A DNA stretch of 64,000 nucleotides, taken from Lama glama. Lineage: Eukaryota. Every line of letters starts with the position of its first letter. Position 1 is the stretch's first letter. The notes under the pieces were generated by a model. That model did no database searches. It was not told where the DNA came from and saw nothing but the letters and a program-made list of their open reading frames with translations. The translations under genes and the position numbers were made by a program. The stretch lies in contig CM052816.1 in NCBI GenBank assembly GCA_028534125.1, positions 13,456,001 through 13,520,000 on the forward strand, in the 5' to 3' direction. Below, piece after piece: positions 1 through 14,022 of this stretch.

Positions 1-984
1 GCCCTCGGCTACTTACAGAAGGCTCTTCTACGCTCCTGCGAAGCATCACAGACTATCTTTCCATCCTTTTGGAAAGACCGTGACTCTCATTTCCTTCAAC
101 ATCTTTCCCAAAATTACCCTTCTCGTAAAAAATTCCTTGGCCAGCTGAGACAACCTGGATATTTAGTTCCCTCCTCACAAAAATAAGCAGTGATTTCCAA
201 ATGACTTACATCTTTGCACTTGTTGCTACGACACTTCCTAAGCCCTGCATTGCCCCATCGTTTCCTTTGTTCTTTTCCGCAGTGTTTCCATCTCCACTCT
301 TTGCCCCACTTCACTGCATACGACCTATGGGGCCCCACATGCTGCCTGGTAACCCACCCAAGTCCCCACCCAGCACAGCAGGAGAAAGCAGCCACACCGC
401 ATTCTGGGAAGAGACCACTGTCATCGTAAGGTCAGCCTGACCTTTAAGGAAAAGCGAAAAGCCCTCTGGAGAAGGCTCCACTCCTACTCTCAGATTAAAG
501 CAGAGGAGTCTCCTGGAGGCGCCTGGGCACACAACTGGTCTACCTACACAGAAGGGAAAACTCCTTCAAGAAAATCAGACGTACGTCTACGAGAACCAGC
601 GAACACACCCGATACCTCCATCACCTTGAGGCCAGGGTGCTGGCACGGATTCACGTCCAAGAGAAAAGAATGGGCTCCAACTTGTGCACGGGGCAGGGGC
701 CCCGCAGGGAGGTGGGAGGCAAAGGTGTGCCCACGGGAAGCAGCCGAGTGAGCTCCTCCGGGAGTCGTGGGCCCATTAGGCACGTTGACGAGGGACTGAG
801 GACAGGGCCAAGCCAGGGACCACAGAGAAGATACTCAACTGCAAATACACCAATGAGGAGAAAAAACTAACCGAACTCAGAAAAGGGCAGGTGCACAGAC
901 CTCAAAGGAAATGAGGTTCTGAACAATATCATATGAAGTATGAAGGCAGAAGAGAGGCACGTGGAGATATTGTGTAGGTGCATT

Positions 985-1005
985 TGTGTGTGTGTGTGTG
1001 TGTGT
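985..1005. repeat. (TG)n microsatellite
   Basis: About 10 TG units. Confidence 0.9.
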
Positions 1006-4000
1006 TTCCTCACAGGTGCAATTCCTGTAAGGAGATATCTACTCTGTGGCAAGAACCTGGAAAGGTAAGGTCATATCCAACCTGGACGGGTGTCACAATA
1101 AACCCAAAGTGCACAACGTGAAACTGACAAATGAATGGTGTCCGCAGTGATATAAACAGCCAACGGGCAACATCTGAACCCAGTTCCAGTTGAGGGGACA
1201 AAAGAATCTTGAGTCTGCATTATTTATGTTAAGAGGAAGGATCTGAGCCAGTCAAAAATGTTGAGCAAGCTCTGCGGACTCCAAGCTGTGGTGCACGTTC
1301 CACAGGTGGGACATGCGACAATTCTATGGTCAGACATGGATGATTATTCTTTATCTTAACAGTTACGTATTTATTTTAATGCATATGAGAGAATAATACG
1401 ATGAGACAATAAAACTCACGTTTTAAAAATTTTACTGAATAGGATGAGGCCGTGGAAAGAAGTGAGCTGCTTTTACGTGAGCTGATTTCCAGAAATACAT
1501 TAAACAAACAACAGTGCATGAGTTTCGTGGTTGTGGCCCCAAGACTGAATGAAGACTTGTTACGTAAATGATTCAAGCTTGGGAAGTACTGAGCTAGGTA
1601 TGGAAAGAGGCCTTGATCTGAGAGACATCATTCTATGGAAATACACCATTTTCTTTCCCCCCACAAATTACCTGTAGAAGCTTTACTTATACTTTAATTC
1701 CAAAGAGTAAACTCAGCTTACTGCTTTGATAAAGAAGTCTTCTATCTTGGTCCACAGACTAGACAAAGGGGAGGGTTAAGTGGGGGAAACACAGTGTCAC
1801 CCGTTCCTGCCACAGAAGCAGTGGCTGCCTTGCAACCTAGCAGAGGCCAGTGCTGGCAGAAGCTTCCAGCTGCTGGCCGGTCCTCCTCACGGCATCCACT
1901 CACCCATCCCTTCTATGGTGCTTTCCAGGCCAGCTTGGGTATCATTCTAATTTCCCAGGAAAAAAAGAGGGCTTGCAACATAAACTCTTACGAAGTCTAT
2001 GTACATACACTATGTACTGCTGAATGAAAATGCTTCTTCCTGAGGAAGGGAGGAAAGCTAAGCACCCTACAAATACTTGTGCACAGGGAGACTCCAGCCC
2101 CGCTTCCAGGGACGTTTCCTCGCGTTCGGAGGGAAGATACGCTGCTTCACTGTCCTCCCGCCTCCCAGCCTTCCGTCCAGCGTCTGCCGGCAGGGACAGC
2201 GTGGCCTGCAGCTCAGGCACGTCTGCTTTCACACATGCTTAACTTTCACCCGCTGCCTCGTGTGATAAAGTTAATCTCGGGCAAAGATCTAATTGCTTTT
2301 CCCCTAATCTCCATCTTCTTTCTTACACGCTCCCAGTGTGTGCTTTCAGATCCGTTCCAAAGCCGCTTCTGCTTCAACCTAAACATGAACTTGGCACTAT
2401 GTCAAGCCTAGGGGAGCTCACCGATACCGTCTGATCTGTCCTGGTCTGCACTGTACAAGGCTTAGTACAAAACGGTCGGTGACCGTGGCTCTCCTGGAAA
2501 CCGCAGAACCCCGCAGCCTGGTGCTGTGTTGGTGGCAGCTGTGGGTGAGGCCGGGCCTGTTCCAAGTGCTCCGTGGTGCAGACCACAGTGAGAACGGCCC
2601 AAGCCAGACACGTAAGAGGAATGTAAGCTATCGTTTGAAAGGAAGCCAGTCCCAGTACAGGGTCAGAGCCCTGAAATTGTGTATATCCGTTGACCCAGAA
2701 ATTCTTCCAGGAATTTGTCTTAAGGAGATGATCATGAATATGAACAGATTTAGCTACGAGAATGGTAACAGTGACTTTACTCATAAAAACACCATATCTG
2801 AAATGACCCAAACGGTTGCACCAAGGGTCAGTCATGTTATGGGATATAGTGACCTCTTTAAAAGGGTGGGGAAGATTTGTTTTCAGAAGTAAGGATAAGG
2901 AAGGCCATTACTTCTGAAATACAAGGAGATACAAAACATTTTCTGTAACAAAGAAGGAGGAAGATGCCAATGCAGATACAGACTCGCTCTCCTCTTCAAG
3001 GCAGAGTGGGTCTTTATTCTGATGTGTGCCTTTACTGTAACTCATAGAGAATATAATTATTATATATAATAAATATATTTCTATAAATACATAAAAATAA
3101 AATGTATTTTATGTATTACATGCCATAAATAGATAAGTAAATAAAGATATATGATAATTACACATAACAGTGGTAACACCTCCCTCCCCCAGCATTTACT
3201 GAGCACCATCTGAAGTGGTGAATCCTCACAACAAACATACTGGTAGAGGTAGAAATTGTTATCTCCATTTTCCAGAAGAGGAGACTGAGGCCCTGAGAAG
3301 CACGTAGGCGACTTGCCCACTTCACACAGCCAGAGAGCAGCAGAGGACCCTTGCCCAGGCACCTGGGGCCTGTGAGTGATCTCCCGCCTCCCTGAACGCA
3401 CACAGCTCACATCTCTGCCAGAGCACTTACAGTGCTGACATCCCATCACCTAGTCAATTGCCTGCTGTGCTCGCTCAGTGGTGAGCTCCTTAAAGACAGA
3501 GTGGCATTTGCACATTCCTGGACATCGCTGTGTGATCAGACAATAACTAATAGAACAGTCGCTCTCAGGCGACAGCCCTTGCCATGCCCAGGCCCGTGCC
3601 AGTTGCCCAACCACGTGGCCTCAGGAAATCCTCCCCACTTCCCTCTGAGGTGGGAGCTACTATCCCCACTTTACAGATGAGCAAGTTGAGGCCAAGAGAA
3701 GGTAGGTGGCTGGCCCGCGTGTGGCCACCAGCACAGGAGCCTGGGTCTCACCGACTTCGGGCAGAGCTGGGGCCCTCCCCTCCCGCCCTGCTCTGCTGGA
3801 CTCGCTAATCACCAAAGCTGAAAGGAGACTGGATGTTTTAGGGCCTGGCAACCTGCTCACCGCAAAGAACTCAGAAATCTGGAGCTAAGGATAAGATTTG
3901 AGACAGTCGCGGTGGTAACACTCCGCTACATGGAACAAGGAGCATGGTGGTCTACAATTCATCCCTGAATTAATTCCACCAGTTTGTTAAGTGTCCGCTG

Positions 4001-4473
4001 CACGCCAGGCCCCGGGAGAGGCAGGGGAGAAGGATGAGCAAGCAAACCAAGGCCCGGCGCACACAGAGCCTCGTTCCCGTGGAGCCTGGGACTCGCACTG
4101 GTAAGTATTTAATTACAACTTGAGGAAAGGGTAGGAAACTGGCTCTATGGGAGCCACTAACAAAAGAGGGGCCAAAGGCATGACGCCTGAGCTGAGCAGG
4201 CGGAGGAGAGGCCCAGCAGCTGGCCCACAGGAGCTCTGGAAAGGGGGCCTGGTGGTGCACCGCCCTGGCCTTTCATCCTCAGCCACCCTGCTTCCTGTCC
4301 CATCAAGGGGACTCAGCCGCAGAACCCGGGAGGGCATGCGGTCTGATACACTGCCCTCAAGGGCACCAAAGGCAGCAGCGCACAGAGTGAGGCCAGAGGT
4401 GAGCGTCCCGAGCAGCCGGTGGGTAGCAGGGTGTCCCCTGGGCACCACTCGGGCCCTGGGCGGTGGGACTCAC

Positions 4474-4612
4474 GTTTCTCTGTCGACTGCACGGTGTGGA
4501 AGAGCGTCAGGGGCCTCTCGCTGCAGGACGGGGGCTTGGAGTCACTGCTCTTCTTCCGAGACAGGTGCAGCTGGGCATTGGTGAGGGGGGCGTCCGGCAC
4601 AGTGTTAAATAT
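4474..4612 (-). CDS. ARHGAP26: Next downstream coding exon of ARHGAP26 (post-RhoGAP Ser/Pro-rich linker)
   Basis: Minus strand reads CTTGGCTTTGCAG|ATA TTT AAC ... GAG AAA C|GTGAGT. Length 139 bp = 46 codons + 1 nt: IFNTVPDAPLTNAQLHLSRKKSSDSKPPSCSERPLTLFHTVQSTEK. Phase-0 start matches the phase-0 end of the 18845 exon, giving ...ENHEK/IFNTVPD..., the GRAF1 sequence as I recall it. Confidence 0.96.
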
Positions 4613-7600
4613 CTGCAAAGCCAAGTTTCATAAAAAGGTTACATGTTACCACGAACAGGGGAGAATCAGCACAACTGAGAAGCTTGGGCGTGTCTGAGAA
4701 TCAAGGAGAAAGACCTAAAAAGACCACCAGCACCTGCTCGTGGGGACTGCCAGCATCCCCAGGGACTGGCCTGAAACACTCTCCTTCAGAAGCAGACTCC
4801 AGGGCTCGGTAACCATCCACTTCCACTTCTCAGCCCTTCTGCGCTCGTTTCCACTCATCCTCTTTTTGTTGTTCTCTCCCAGGGAATGGAAAGCAGCTGT
4901 GCTAAATATAAGTCACTGACTGGGAGGTGGACTTAAAATATTTTGGTCACCTTTGTCTAGAACCAATTAATCCAAATCACTTTACCCTTCCTCGTGGCTT
5001 CTATGTCCCAGTTCTTAACAACAGCATCACGGCTTTCTTAGGACGTGACACATGCCTTTAAATCATACTCCAAAAACGAAGCCCAGAACAGGGGACTGTT
5101 TTCTAGTCCTCAGAGGGAAGCATCCTTTCTCGGGCTGCAGTTTTCTGTTATCTTTGATGCTGAGCATTCTTTTCTTATTTAAAAGGAAGGGAAAAAATTG
5201 TTTTCCCCAACTCCTGATGACAGAAGTAGCATAAACACTACAAACAGTCTGGAAAATTTAGAAAAGCATCCAGGAGAAAACAGAAAATAAAAATCTCCCA
5301 ATTCCATTATTTAGAGATAACCATTGTTGGCATTTGTGTTTTATTTTCGACTGAGTTTTTTTCTTTTAAGCATTTATTGCTAAAAAAAAAAAGTCTACGG
5401 TTAAAAAAATGAGAAGAAAATGACAGGTAAAAATCGTGACAACTCTCGTCTTTTTCCCTATAGACACAAGTATGGCAGGATTATTATAACAGCCACTTAC
5501 ACAGTGCTTATCGTGAATACAGCTGCCACCATTCAATGTCGGCTCCCTAGGGGACAGTCACTGCATGTGTTTTACACGGAGCTCACTCAGTTATGCGTGA
5601 CCTTCAGCGTCAGGTACTGTCCTCACCATTGATAATGAAGGACGGAGGCAGAGGGGTTAAGCCACCACAATTACAGATATAATTACAGATGATAACATAG
5701 AAACCTGTGTCCCTAGATTTTCTGGATTGCTTTTTAAATGCGTATAATGAAACAACACTAATTCACTCAATCAAGAAAGATCTTTTGAGCATCCCCTTGA
5801 TAGCAGGCTTTCTGGGAATAGCAGCGCTTGAGGCAAACATGTTTCCTGTGGTTGGAGAGTTTGTATCCAGTCGCTGTGACTTGCTGAATATCTCCCATGT
5901 CGGGCACTGAGTCAAGCAGGATTGATCTCATTTAATGTTGAAACACACTTCCCCATAATTGGGACTCTACTCTTTATAAGGTTTTGCTTCCTCTATGTTT
6001 CATCTAACATTATATTGTAACATTTCCCCCTTCATTACAAAAATTGTACACATGATCCTTCTGGGTTGCATAACACCCCCACTGCAGTAAGATACCAATA
6101 TTTACTGATCCACTCGTTATCCTCTCTTATTCTCTTCGGAAAGATCCTTCTTCTGGATTTTCCTTCCCCAACAATCATGAGCAATGAGGGGACAGGGGTG
6201 GCACCCGGACTCCCTTCACCTGTGGGTGGCCTTAGAGACATGAGAGTCTTTCTCACGGCCCTCTCTCCTTGGTGCGTGCATTTAAAAGCAGAACTCAGAA
6301 GCTGAGATATAGGAAGCAAAGTCATAAGAATGATAAGAATTTCAGCCCAAACAGCTGCTCTCCATGAGTTGGCAGGTCCTTGGGCTCCAATGATGCCAGC
6401 CAGCTGGTTCAGTCAGTCTCGCTCCCAAACACAGCTGTCTGAACACAGCATTATCATATGTTCCCTAGGGGACTGAATTTTCAACAAAATAAACTGAATC
6501 ACTACATAGCTGAGTTCAATTGGGGCGAGGAGGTAAGGAGAGAAGGGGACTTAAAACAAAAACAACAAGAACCTCCTGGCTTCCAGAAGAGTTGGAATCC
6601 TTAAAAATAAGTACCAGTGGGACGTGTGTCTCCAGGCTCCTTCAGAGTAGCTTCCAGGGGAGAAAAGAGAAACTGTGGTTGTCGCTGAGCTCAAGGACCA
6701 CAGCCTCTAAAAAGCTTTCTCCCCCTTTCCTCTCCCCTAAACAATGCTGAGTGATAGACGAAGCCTAGGGGACAAGCACCATTATCACTGGCGCTTCCTC
6801 TTACGTGTGAGTGTTTGCACCTGCCAGGCACTGTGCAAAGTACTTTACATGACTTATCTCTAGGCCAGAAGTCAACAGCATAGTGAGCAGGTTGACCATT
6901 CCACAAGGAGACTTCCTGATGCCACACAGCTCAGCAAGAGAAGTGCTGGGACTGGACCCGGAGGGCTGCAGTTTCCAACACCTACACTCCCCACCCCCGC
7001 AGCAGTCCTTATGCAGTCAGCTGACCTTCCCCAGCCCAGTGTTCACATACAGAAGCCAGTCCCCTAAACCCTCAAGTATGGATTTCAACCAATAATGATG
7101 TCTCTTAGCACCCTTCTGCCTCTGGCCTCAAGTACAGCATGTTCAGCAATCCTGAGCTAAAAAACATCTGAAAATGAATTCAGACACAGCCATCGGCCCC
7201 CACCCCTTATGTCTGGCCTCCAAATTTGGTCTCTCCTAACAAGCTGCTGAGAATGAGATCCTTGCTCAACCACAATGGGAACAAAGATAACGCAGATGCA
7301 TTTTAATTTCAACTGTCACCCAAAGTGTGCGCATTTACTCCCTCCTGAAACCTGGAGTAAATGCTGGAGAAACAAAGAAGAGTGAGTTGTGAGGAAGGAG
7401 CATGGAGTGAGACAGATGCGTGAAAAATTGCATCCAAAACACAGCTTATCCCCAGCCCAACAGGAAGAGACAGGGGAACACATGGGAGAGAATTACATTC
7501 TGCTCAGTGGCTGTTTTCTCAAAAAGGAAAGCTATTCAAAAACAACAGAATCAGTTCCAGGCAATGCAGATTCTGGCCACAGGCTGGATCTACAGTCCTG

Positions 7601-8659
7601 AAGGCCAGCTCTCTGGGTCTCAGTGCGAGCCGGGCCCAGGCTTCCAAAGAACTCTGAGAGGGCTGTCCTCAGGACCAGCTACACTCACAGCCCGATGCAG
7701 AACGTGGAGTGCCAGACGTGGGACTCTCACCACTACTGTTACACGTGGTTTTCCAAGGTGCACGGGCGTCTCCGCAAACCAGCCCGAGTCAGAGCAGAGG
7801 ATACAAGCTTTCATTAAGGCATCTGGGCCGTCACTCCCCAATGACCGCTGTCCATTTAACTCTGATCCGTGAACACGTGTGAGCTGTTTAAAGGCTGCTC
7901 ACTCTCAGGCCACCGTCTAGCGGGCCGAGAGTTGGCCTCGGTACTCAAAGTGTGAGTTGGAATTCCGATGAGAATCTGAATGACTCACAATTTTGTTGGC
8001 TATTCCAATCTGGTTGCGTTTGGAAGGGCTGACTTCAAGAGAACCCCATGAAGTTTCCTTCGTTCTGTTGAGAAGAATCAAAGCACAAGTCTCCCCACTG
8101 GACGATGGATGCGAGAGCTCGCGTAACCGCTGAGCAATGGGCTGAGCGAGCTCTACCACGTGACTGGGACAACCCACTCCTGTCACAGAGACTTTCCAAA
8201 TTAACACAAAAAGGGGGATTTATCCTATGCCCCAAGTGCCCAGTTAGTTCTGCTCAAACTTATAAATGCCTTCTGACTTAGCCAGGAATGCCTTAAAAAA
8301 AAGTTATTAGGAAGGCTGTAAGCCTTCTGGAAGCTAATGGGGAAGAAGACTGTAAAATAAAAATATAAATCAGGATAACTCTCCCAAGTATTTCCAATTT
8401 CAAGCTTCCTCTAAGTGGAATTAGCAGACCTGTAAATATCAAGCTACTGTTTCCCCTTAAGCTGTGTGGCAGAGAGGCCAGGGTGGCTTGGCCTCTGTGG
8501 TCACACAGAGCTGGGCTGAGTCCCGGTTCCACTGCTTACGCAGTGGGCAGCGCCTACGGCTACTCTGACCTCACATCACGGACAATGGCATCATTGTGAT
8601 GTCGCCTTAAAAAATATATACATATATATAGGAAAGAAACTGACAGTCATTATACAGGT

Positions 8660-9280
8660 AGAAAGCAAATAGGCTTTGGAGCTACACAGACTTGGGTTTG
8701 ACTTGGGCAAGAGCCTTAACCCCTCTGAGTCCAGTTTCCTTGTGTAAACGGGGATCTAATACTTGTCTTGCAGGGATACTGCAAAGCTCATGCACATTAA
8801 GAGCAGGCAGGAGGCAGTGGTGGTTTAAGTGACCATAAAGATAACCAAAACCTGGTGAGTGCTTATCATGCTGTCATTTACATGGATTAGCTCAGTATTT
8901 CACACACAATAAACCCACGAGGAAGGTACTAGGATCCTGGCCATCTTATAGGTGAGGAAACTCAGGGAGACTAATCTGCTCCAGGTCGCATCGATGAGAA
9001 CAGTAGGACTGGGACTTAAGACAGCTTAGCTCGACTGTCTGGGTCTTCACCACCTGTGGTCTTTATACCTGTTATTAACGTGAGAGACAGAGGGCAAAAT
9101 GTAAAGATCCTAAGTTCTGAAGTCTTGATGGATTTGATTTTGGTCACTTACTAGTGACTCTGAGCAAGTTATGTAATTCTCTGACCTTTAGCTGCTGCGT
9201 CTGTAAAAACTCGCGGGACAGTGGTGAGGACCCGAGCACCTCACACAGCTTGACACCCAGTGTTCAAAAGACATGGTTGC
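8660..9280. mobile_element. Cluster of three MIR fragments in alternating orientation
   Basis: gacttgggcaagagccttaacccctctgagtccagtttcc (+); ccatcttataggtgaggaaactcaggga (-); gtgactctgagcaagttatgtaattctctgacc (+). Confidence 0.6.
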
Positions 9281-10747
9281 ATTCAGTAAAAAAGCAGAAG
9301 AAGGGAAAAAACTGGAGACTCAACAGTGGATTATTTATAGTCAGGACATGAGGCTTTAATTTATAAGTGCAAATTTAATTACTGCCCTTTGCAAAACATC
9401 GATCTTAACTGTTTACAGCAATGTTAGAATTTGCTGTTCTTTCCCCCTTGTGTCGTCTACAAAACTCAAATTTCCCTGCCCTCCCCGCGGCCCGTCTTGA
9501 CACTGGAGACCACTGACACTTGGTGGAGATTATTCTTAGCCATGTCACACACGCATTTTTATACCCTTTCGAATCCCAGCTGTAACATGCTCCTGCAATT
9601 TACAAGGATTAGGAGCCTCCCCATAATGTGTGTGGTGTACTCTTTATTATGTGCTGTGATTTTTATGGGAGGAAAATTAGGTCATGATGACGAGTTCCTG
9701 GTCTATAACTGCAAAGTAGCCCCGAGACAATAAATCAACGACAGAGGCCTGGGATTACAAGGCAAAAGAGAAAGGCTTCTCCGAGAGAAGAGACCAAGCA
9801 TTTTCCAGAGACACAAATGCACCACTGTCCCGAGTAATAAAGGACTGTAACAAGCATGGCCTTGTTGAAACTGAGGAGTGTCTGCTTCGGAGGTGGAGTG
9901 GCTCGCACACCGCCCAGTCTTTCTCACAACAGTCTGCAGAGCACGGCTGCTCAGGGCTCGAGAAGCCATAAACCCAGCGCCTCTCCGCTGGAAAGCCAGG
10001 CAAGACTTAGCAGGGCTCATTTAACTTCACAGTTAAGAAGCCAAATTCAGAGCCTACAGCCACAGAGAGGTTTTTTAAGGACAGTTGGAAGTCCGATGTC
10101 CTGTTGATATCAGCATTTTGGCACAGGGAACAACAATTTGGAAAGTCATTTGGGGAGTTTTATTAAAAGTCCCTCAAAAGGAACCAGTTCCAGTCAGTAA
10201 CTGGCAGTATCTATAGCCGGCCTGGGTAATCAATCCATGGGATGCTGTGATCTTCCTTATCTCCAGAAAGATTCTATTTCCTGTTATCTTTGCTGACAGA
10301 GAGAAATAGATTCAAACACAACAACACTCCACCCTTATTCGAGAACCATTAAAAGAGCTTCACAGTCCAAACAGTGATTAGTTTATCTAGGGCTTTATTG
10401 GGGGGAAATACACATGTTCAGATCCACAAACCTTACCACGCTAATGAAGAAGAGTTTGCACAGCACTTGAAACTTAAAAAAAAAGGAAAAGAAAAGAAAA
10501 AAGACCTAGAACAGGAGACTTCAGGCCAGCATACAAGTAAATCTAGCTTATTTTTAAACCTAACATGGACAGGACCAGAAAGAGTATACTCAGGAACCAA
10601 TGTAAGGAAATGTGACAAAAAGTTAAAAAAAAATAAAAATCAATGAGCAAATGACAAAAGCCATGGTCATGAGATACAAGATTAGCTTCTCAAGCAGGCC
10701 ACAGTAACAGGGATTATCATCTCCATGGAGTAAGCATGCAGGCATTT

Positions 10748-10924
10748 ACCACCATCATCACCATCTTCATCATTAATTTTGCATATTAACAGGTCACCAC
10801 CATCATCACCACCACCATCATCATCACCATCTTCATCGTTAATTCTGCATATTAACAGGACACTACCATCATCACCCCACCACTATCATCATCATCTTCA
10901 TCGTTAATCCTGCATATTAACAGG
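10748..10924. repeat. Minisatellite, ~65-66 bp unit, 2.7 copies
   Basis: Each unit is a (CAC/CAT)n tract followed by cttcatcRttaatYYtgcatattaacagg. Units end at 10793, 10859 and 10924. Confidence 0.95.
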
Positions 10925-12829
10925 TGTTGAAATACCAAGGAAATGAAATACAACTGCCCAACACTTGTCAGTTGCCAGAAATGGTTCAAATCAATTGCCT
11001 CCTATTAATTGATACACATTTTGTGCACAAATACCAATATAGATGTGAGGACTTCAGTGCTACCAACATTTTGGTAAAAGCAGATCAAGGCAGTTTGGTG
11101 GGTCCCAATCAACTCGAATCAAGATAGTCTTGAAAGACACTACCATTTTAATGGGAACATAAGGTTGCTCGTGACTTGCTGCTTGTACTGGGTGTTAAGC
11201 TGGGCCATCCATGGTTGCTGGCTCTCTTCCCTGACATGTAACGTTAAGTCACCACGTGTTGAAATGGGGCAGTGATTCTTGGGCATTTCTAAGAACAGAC
11301 AGCTCCAACTGTTTCCAAAGCAAGCCGGTGGACCGGGAAAAGAATCATGACAACTTATTTCATAAAATATCAACAAGCATTAAAAGGGGTAATATTTATA
11401 AAAGCATGTGGTACACGTGCACACTCGTGTCCTGTTCATGGGCAGAAACCCTTCTGAGCGCCACAGCCAAAAGAAACATCATGAACTGTTGAAGAACAAG
11501 TGGACCCCATTCTACTGCTGTATGTTGGAACTTTACAGGAGGATGTAAGACATTCACATAACCTGAGATTTCTCGTTTAACCAAAACCATAAAAGGCTGT
11601 AGGTTGGTTTTGTTGACATGGTTGTTCTTCCCAGACATCTAAATTTTTCATAGTCATTTGGAAGTTAAATTTTTTTTTTTTAAAAGAAGAAGAAGAAGAA
11701 AACCCTTATAAGAAACAGCAGAGTTTCTGGGCTTTTGGCTATCTTGGACAATGACAGCATTCAATATTTTGTTTTGTTTTAAAATCTTAACTAGAAGCAT
11801 AAAAATCTTGGTAACTTCCACTACAACCCCAAATACGAGCCTACTTGATGTTTTAAGGCTCAGGGTGATAAGCTGTGAGCTGGAGGAAAGAGCCTGTCCA
11901 TACAGAAAAGGGAATTTAAAATAATTGATTATTACCTTTAAAACAAGCATGGAAAGAGCCAAAATCTTTGCCCTCTCAACTTTCAACTGTGAAATCTGAC
12001 TACAGATACAAAGAGCCAGACTCTCATGTAATCCAAGTGGAGCCCAGGGTATGGAGACACTGATGGGAAAGGATGCTGGGAGCTAGTATTTCCCTTTAGG
12101 AAGTCTGGCAAGAAGAGCCAAACAAAAGCCATGAGGCTCTTACTCTAACTTATAACACATAATCAGCATCGGTCAAAGGTTATACTCTCCAACATTTTAA
12201 AAATATATAGCAACAAGTTTACAACAGTATGGTCAACTCTGGTTTTGTTATTTATTTAATGAATGACTTTGACATCAGCAACCAGAGTACAACTTGATTC
12301 AGATTCCAAGGAAGTCCCTCTCAAGTGCTCATATAATCATTTCACCCCCTCTACTTGGACTTCTCCGAGAGCTCCCGTTTTCCAGGAGTAAATGCAACCT
12401 TTTCCCATAGCTTTCAAGACTCTTAACAAATGGGCTAAACCCAACTGTCTGGCATCATCTCCAACCACTTGCTAACATGTAACCCACAGTCCTTTCATAA
12501 CCGTGTCATTTTAATACACATGAATTAATGTTGATTAATTGATTAATGTTTTCCTAGAAGGCTGTCCCTCCTGTCTCCAGTCTTTCTCTGCCCAGAAAAC
12601 GTCTGTTTATTTGTCAGAGCCCAGTACAAGCTGAATTAGATTATTTCTCCTCAGTGGTGCCATATACTATTCATCTCACTGACTGTCCGCCAGCACACTG
12701 TGCTATGGTTAGCTCCATCCTGAGAAACGAGGAGGGCCTTAGGGAAAAGGGCTCGCCTTACTTCTCTCAGGTCAACAGCAGATGCACAACGTATGCAGTG
12801 ACTAGAATTAACTGGAATAGATTTCGGTA

Positions 12830-13030
12830 GCCTGGGTTGTGAGAGCCGCCCTAAATCCCTCTCCTAACCAGCTGTTTCTTACACTTTCTGGGCTTCAGAG
12901 TCATGGTTTGTAAAACAGAGCAGAAAACATTGATCTTATAGAGTTTCTATGAAAATCAAATGATATGATGGATGTAAGGCTGCTTAGCACCGTACTTGTG
13001 GACAATAAGCTGTAAGTAAAAGTTAGCTGT
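12830..13030 (+). mobile_element. MIR SINE
   Basis: tctgggcttcagagtcatggtttgtaaaacagag...aaatgatatgatggatgtaaggctgcttagcaccgtacttg. Confidence 0.6.
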
Positions 13031-13549
13031 GACTATTATTATAATAATAATTATTATTATCATTATTACTTCTAGACTACAGACATTAAAAAGACCCGTT
13101 ACTTTCAACTGAGTAAATAAATCAGTATATATGAACAACATGGAAAAATAAAAATCACCCTGAGCCTCGAAACACAATTCCTCTCTTCTGGCTTTTTCCT
13201 CTCTGCCTTCAGTTACTCTGGGATATTTATTTTCAACAGACTGGTCCAAACATTGCTTCTCTTCCCAGGGCTGTGCAAGAGGCGAAGGACAGAGTGTCTT
13301 GGGCATCACGACAGGTTAGCATGTGGTTACCGCGCATCACCTGACCAAGCTGAAGGTCTGTGTGAAACACACCACTAAGGCTCCCACAAAGGAGAGAGAG
13401 GTGGATTCTCTGTGACAAGAGATAGTCAGGGATGTTTCTAGACCAACAGGTGGTGTCTTGGGGGGGTGTGGATTGCCAGAAACAATATGAAGGAGTTTAT
13501 CTTCATTTTAAACCCCTGGTCTGAAAGTCTAGTGTTAGTGCTTACTAAA

Positions 13550-13640
13550 CAAGGAGGGAGGGAGGGGGAGAAAGAAGGGGAGAGGGAGAGCTGAGGAGAG
13601 GATGGGAGAAGGGGAGGGGACGGGGGGAGGGAAGGAAAGG
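13550..13640 (+). repeat. Polypurine G/A-rich low-complexity tract
   Basis: About 90 nt, almost all purine, with many G3-G6 runs. Confidence 0.85.
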
Positions 13641-14022
13641 CCATGTGCTTTCACCAGTTAAAACACAGAAGTCTTTTTCCTTCTCTTGCAAAAGATGGTT
13701 TATCAGGAAAAAGAAGCTGAATTTTTGAGCCAGCAGAAACCTCTCTCACTTTTAAATGTCAGTTTTAAAGACAAAGATGTTTTTCCAGTTTCAGACACCG
13801 AGGAGTTAGTTCTCCATACTGAGGCTTACAAAGGGTATGTGAGGACTGAACTTGTCACTATCATAGAATGCTAGATGCCCCACGGTTATGCGAAGAAGCT
13901 GAGGAGAAACAGAAGAACATCCTCTGTAAGAACTGCTGAGATGCTGAGCCACCAGTAAGAAAGAGACGTCTTCTCCGGTGGGTACTACACCCAAACATGC
14001 CAGTGATGGGGATGAAGGCCTT

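Noticed and set aside
7908..7927. CTCF-like motif on the minus strand (CCCGCTAGACGGTGGC)
   Set aside because: Two mismatches in the core relative to CCASYAGRKGGCR. Not supportable without PWM scoring or ChIP data.
10748..10924. Repeat-spacer pattern resembling a CRISPR array
   Set aside because: The 'spacers' are related CAC/CAT low-complexity tracts, there are no cas genes, and the context is a mammalian intron. It is a minisatellite.
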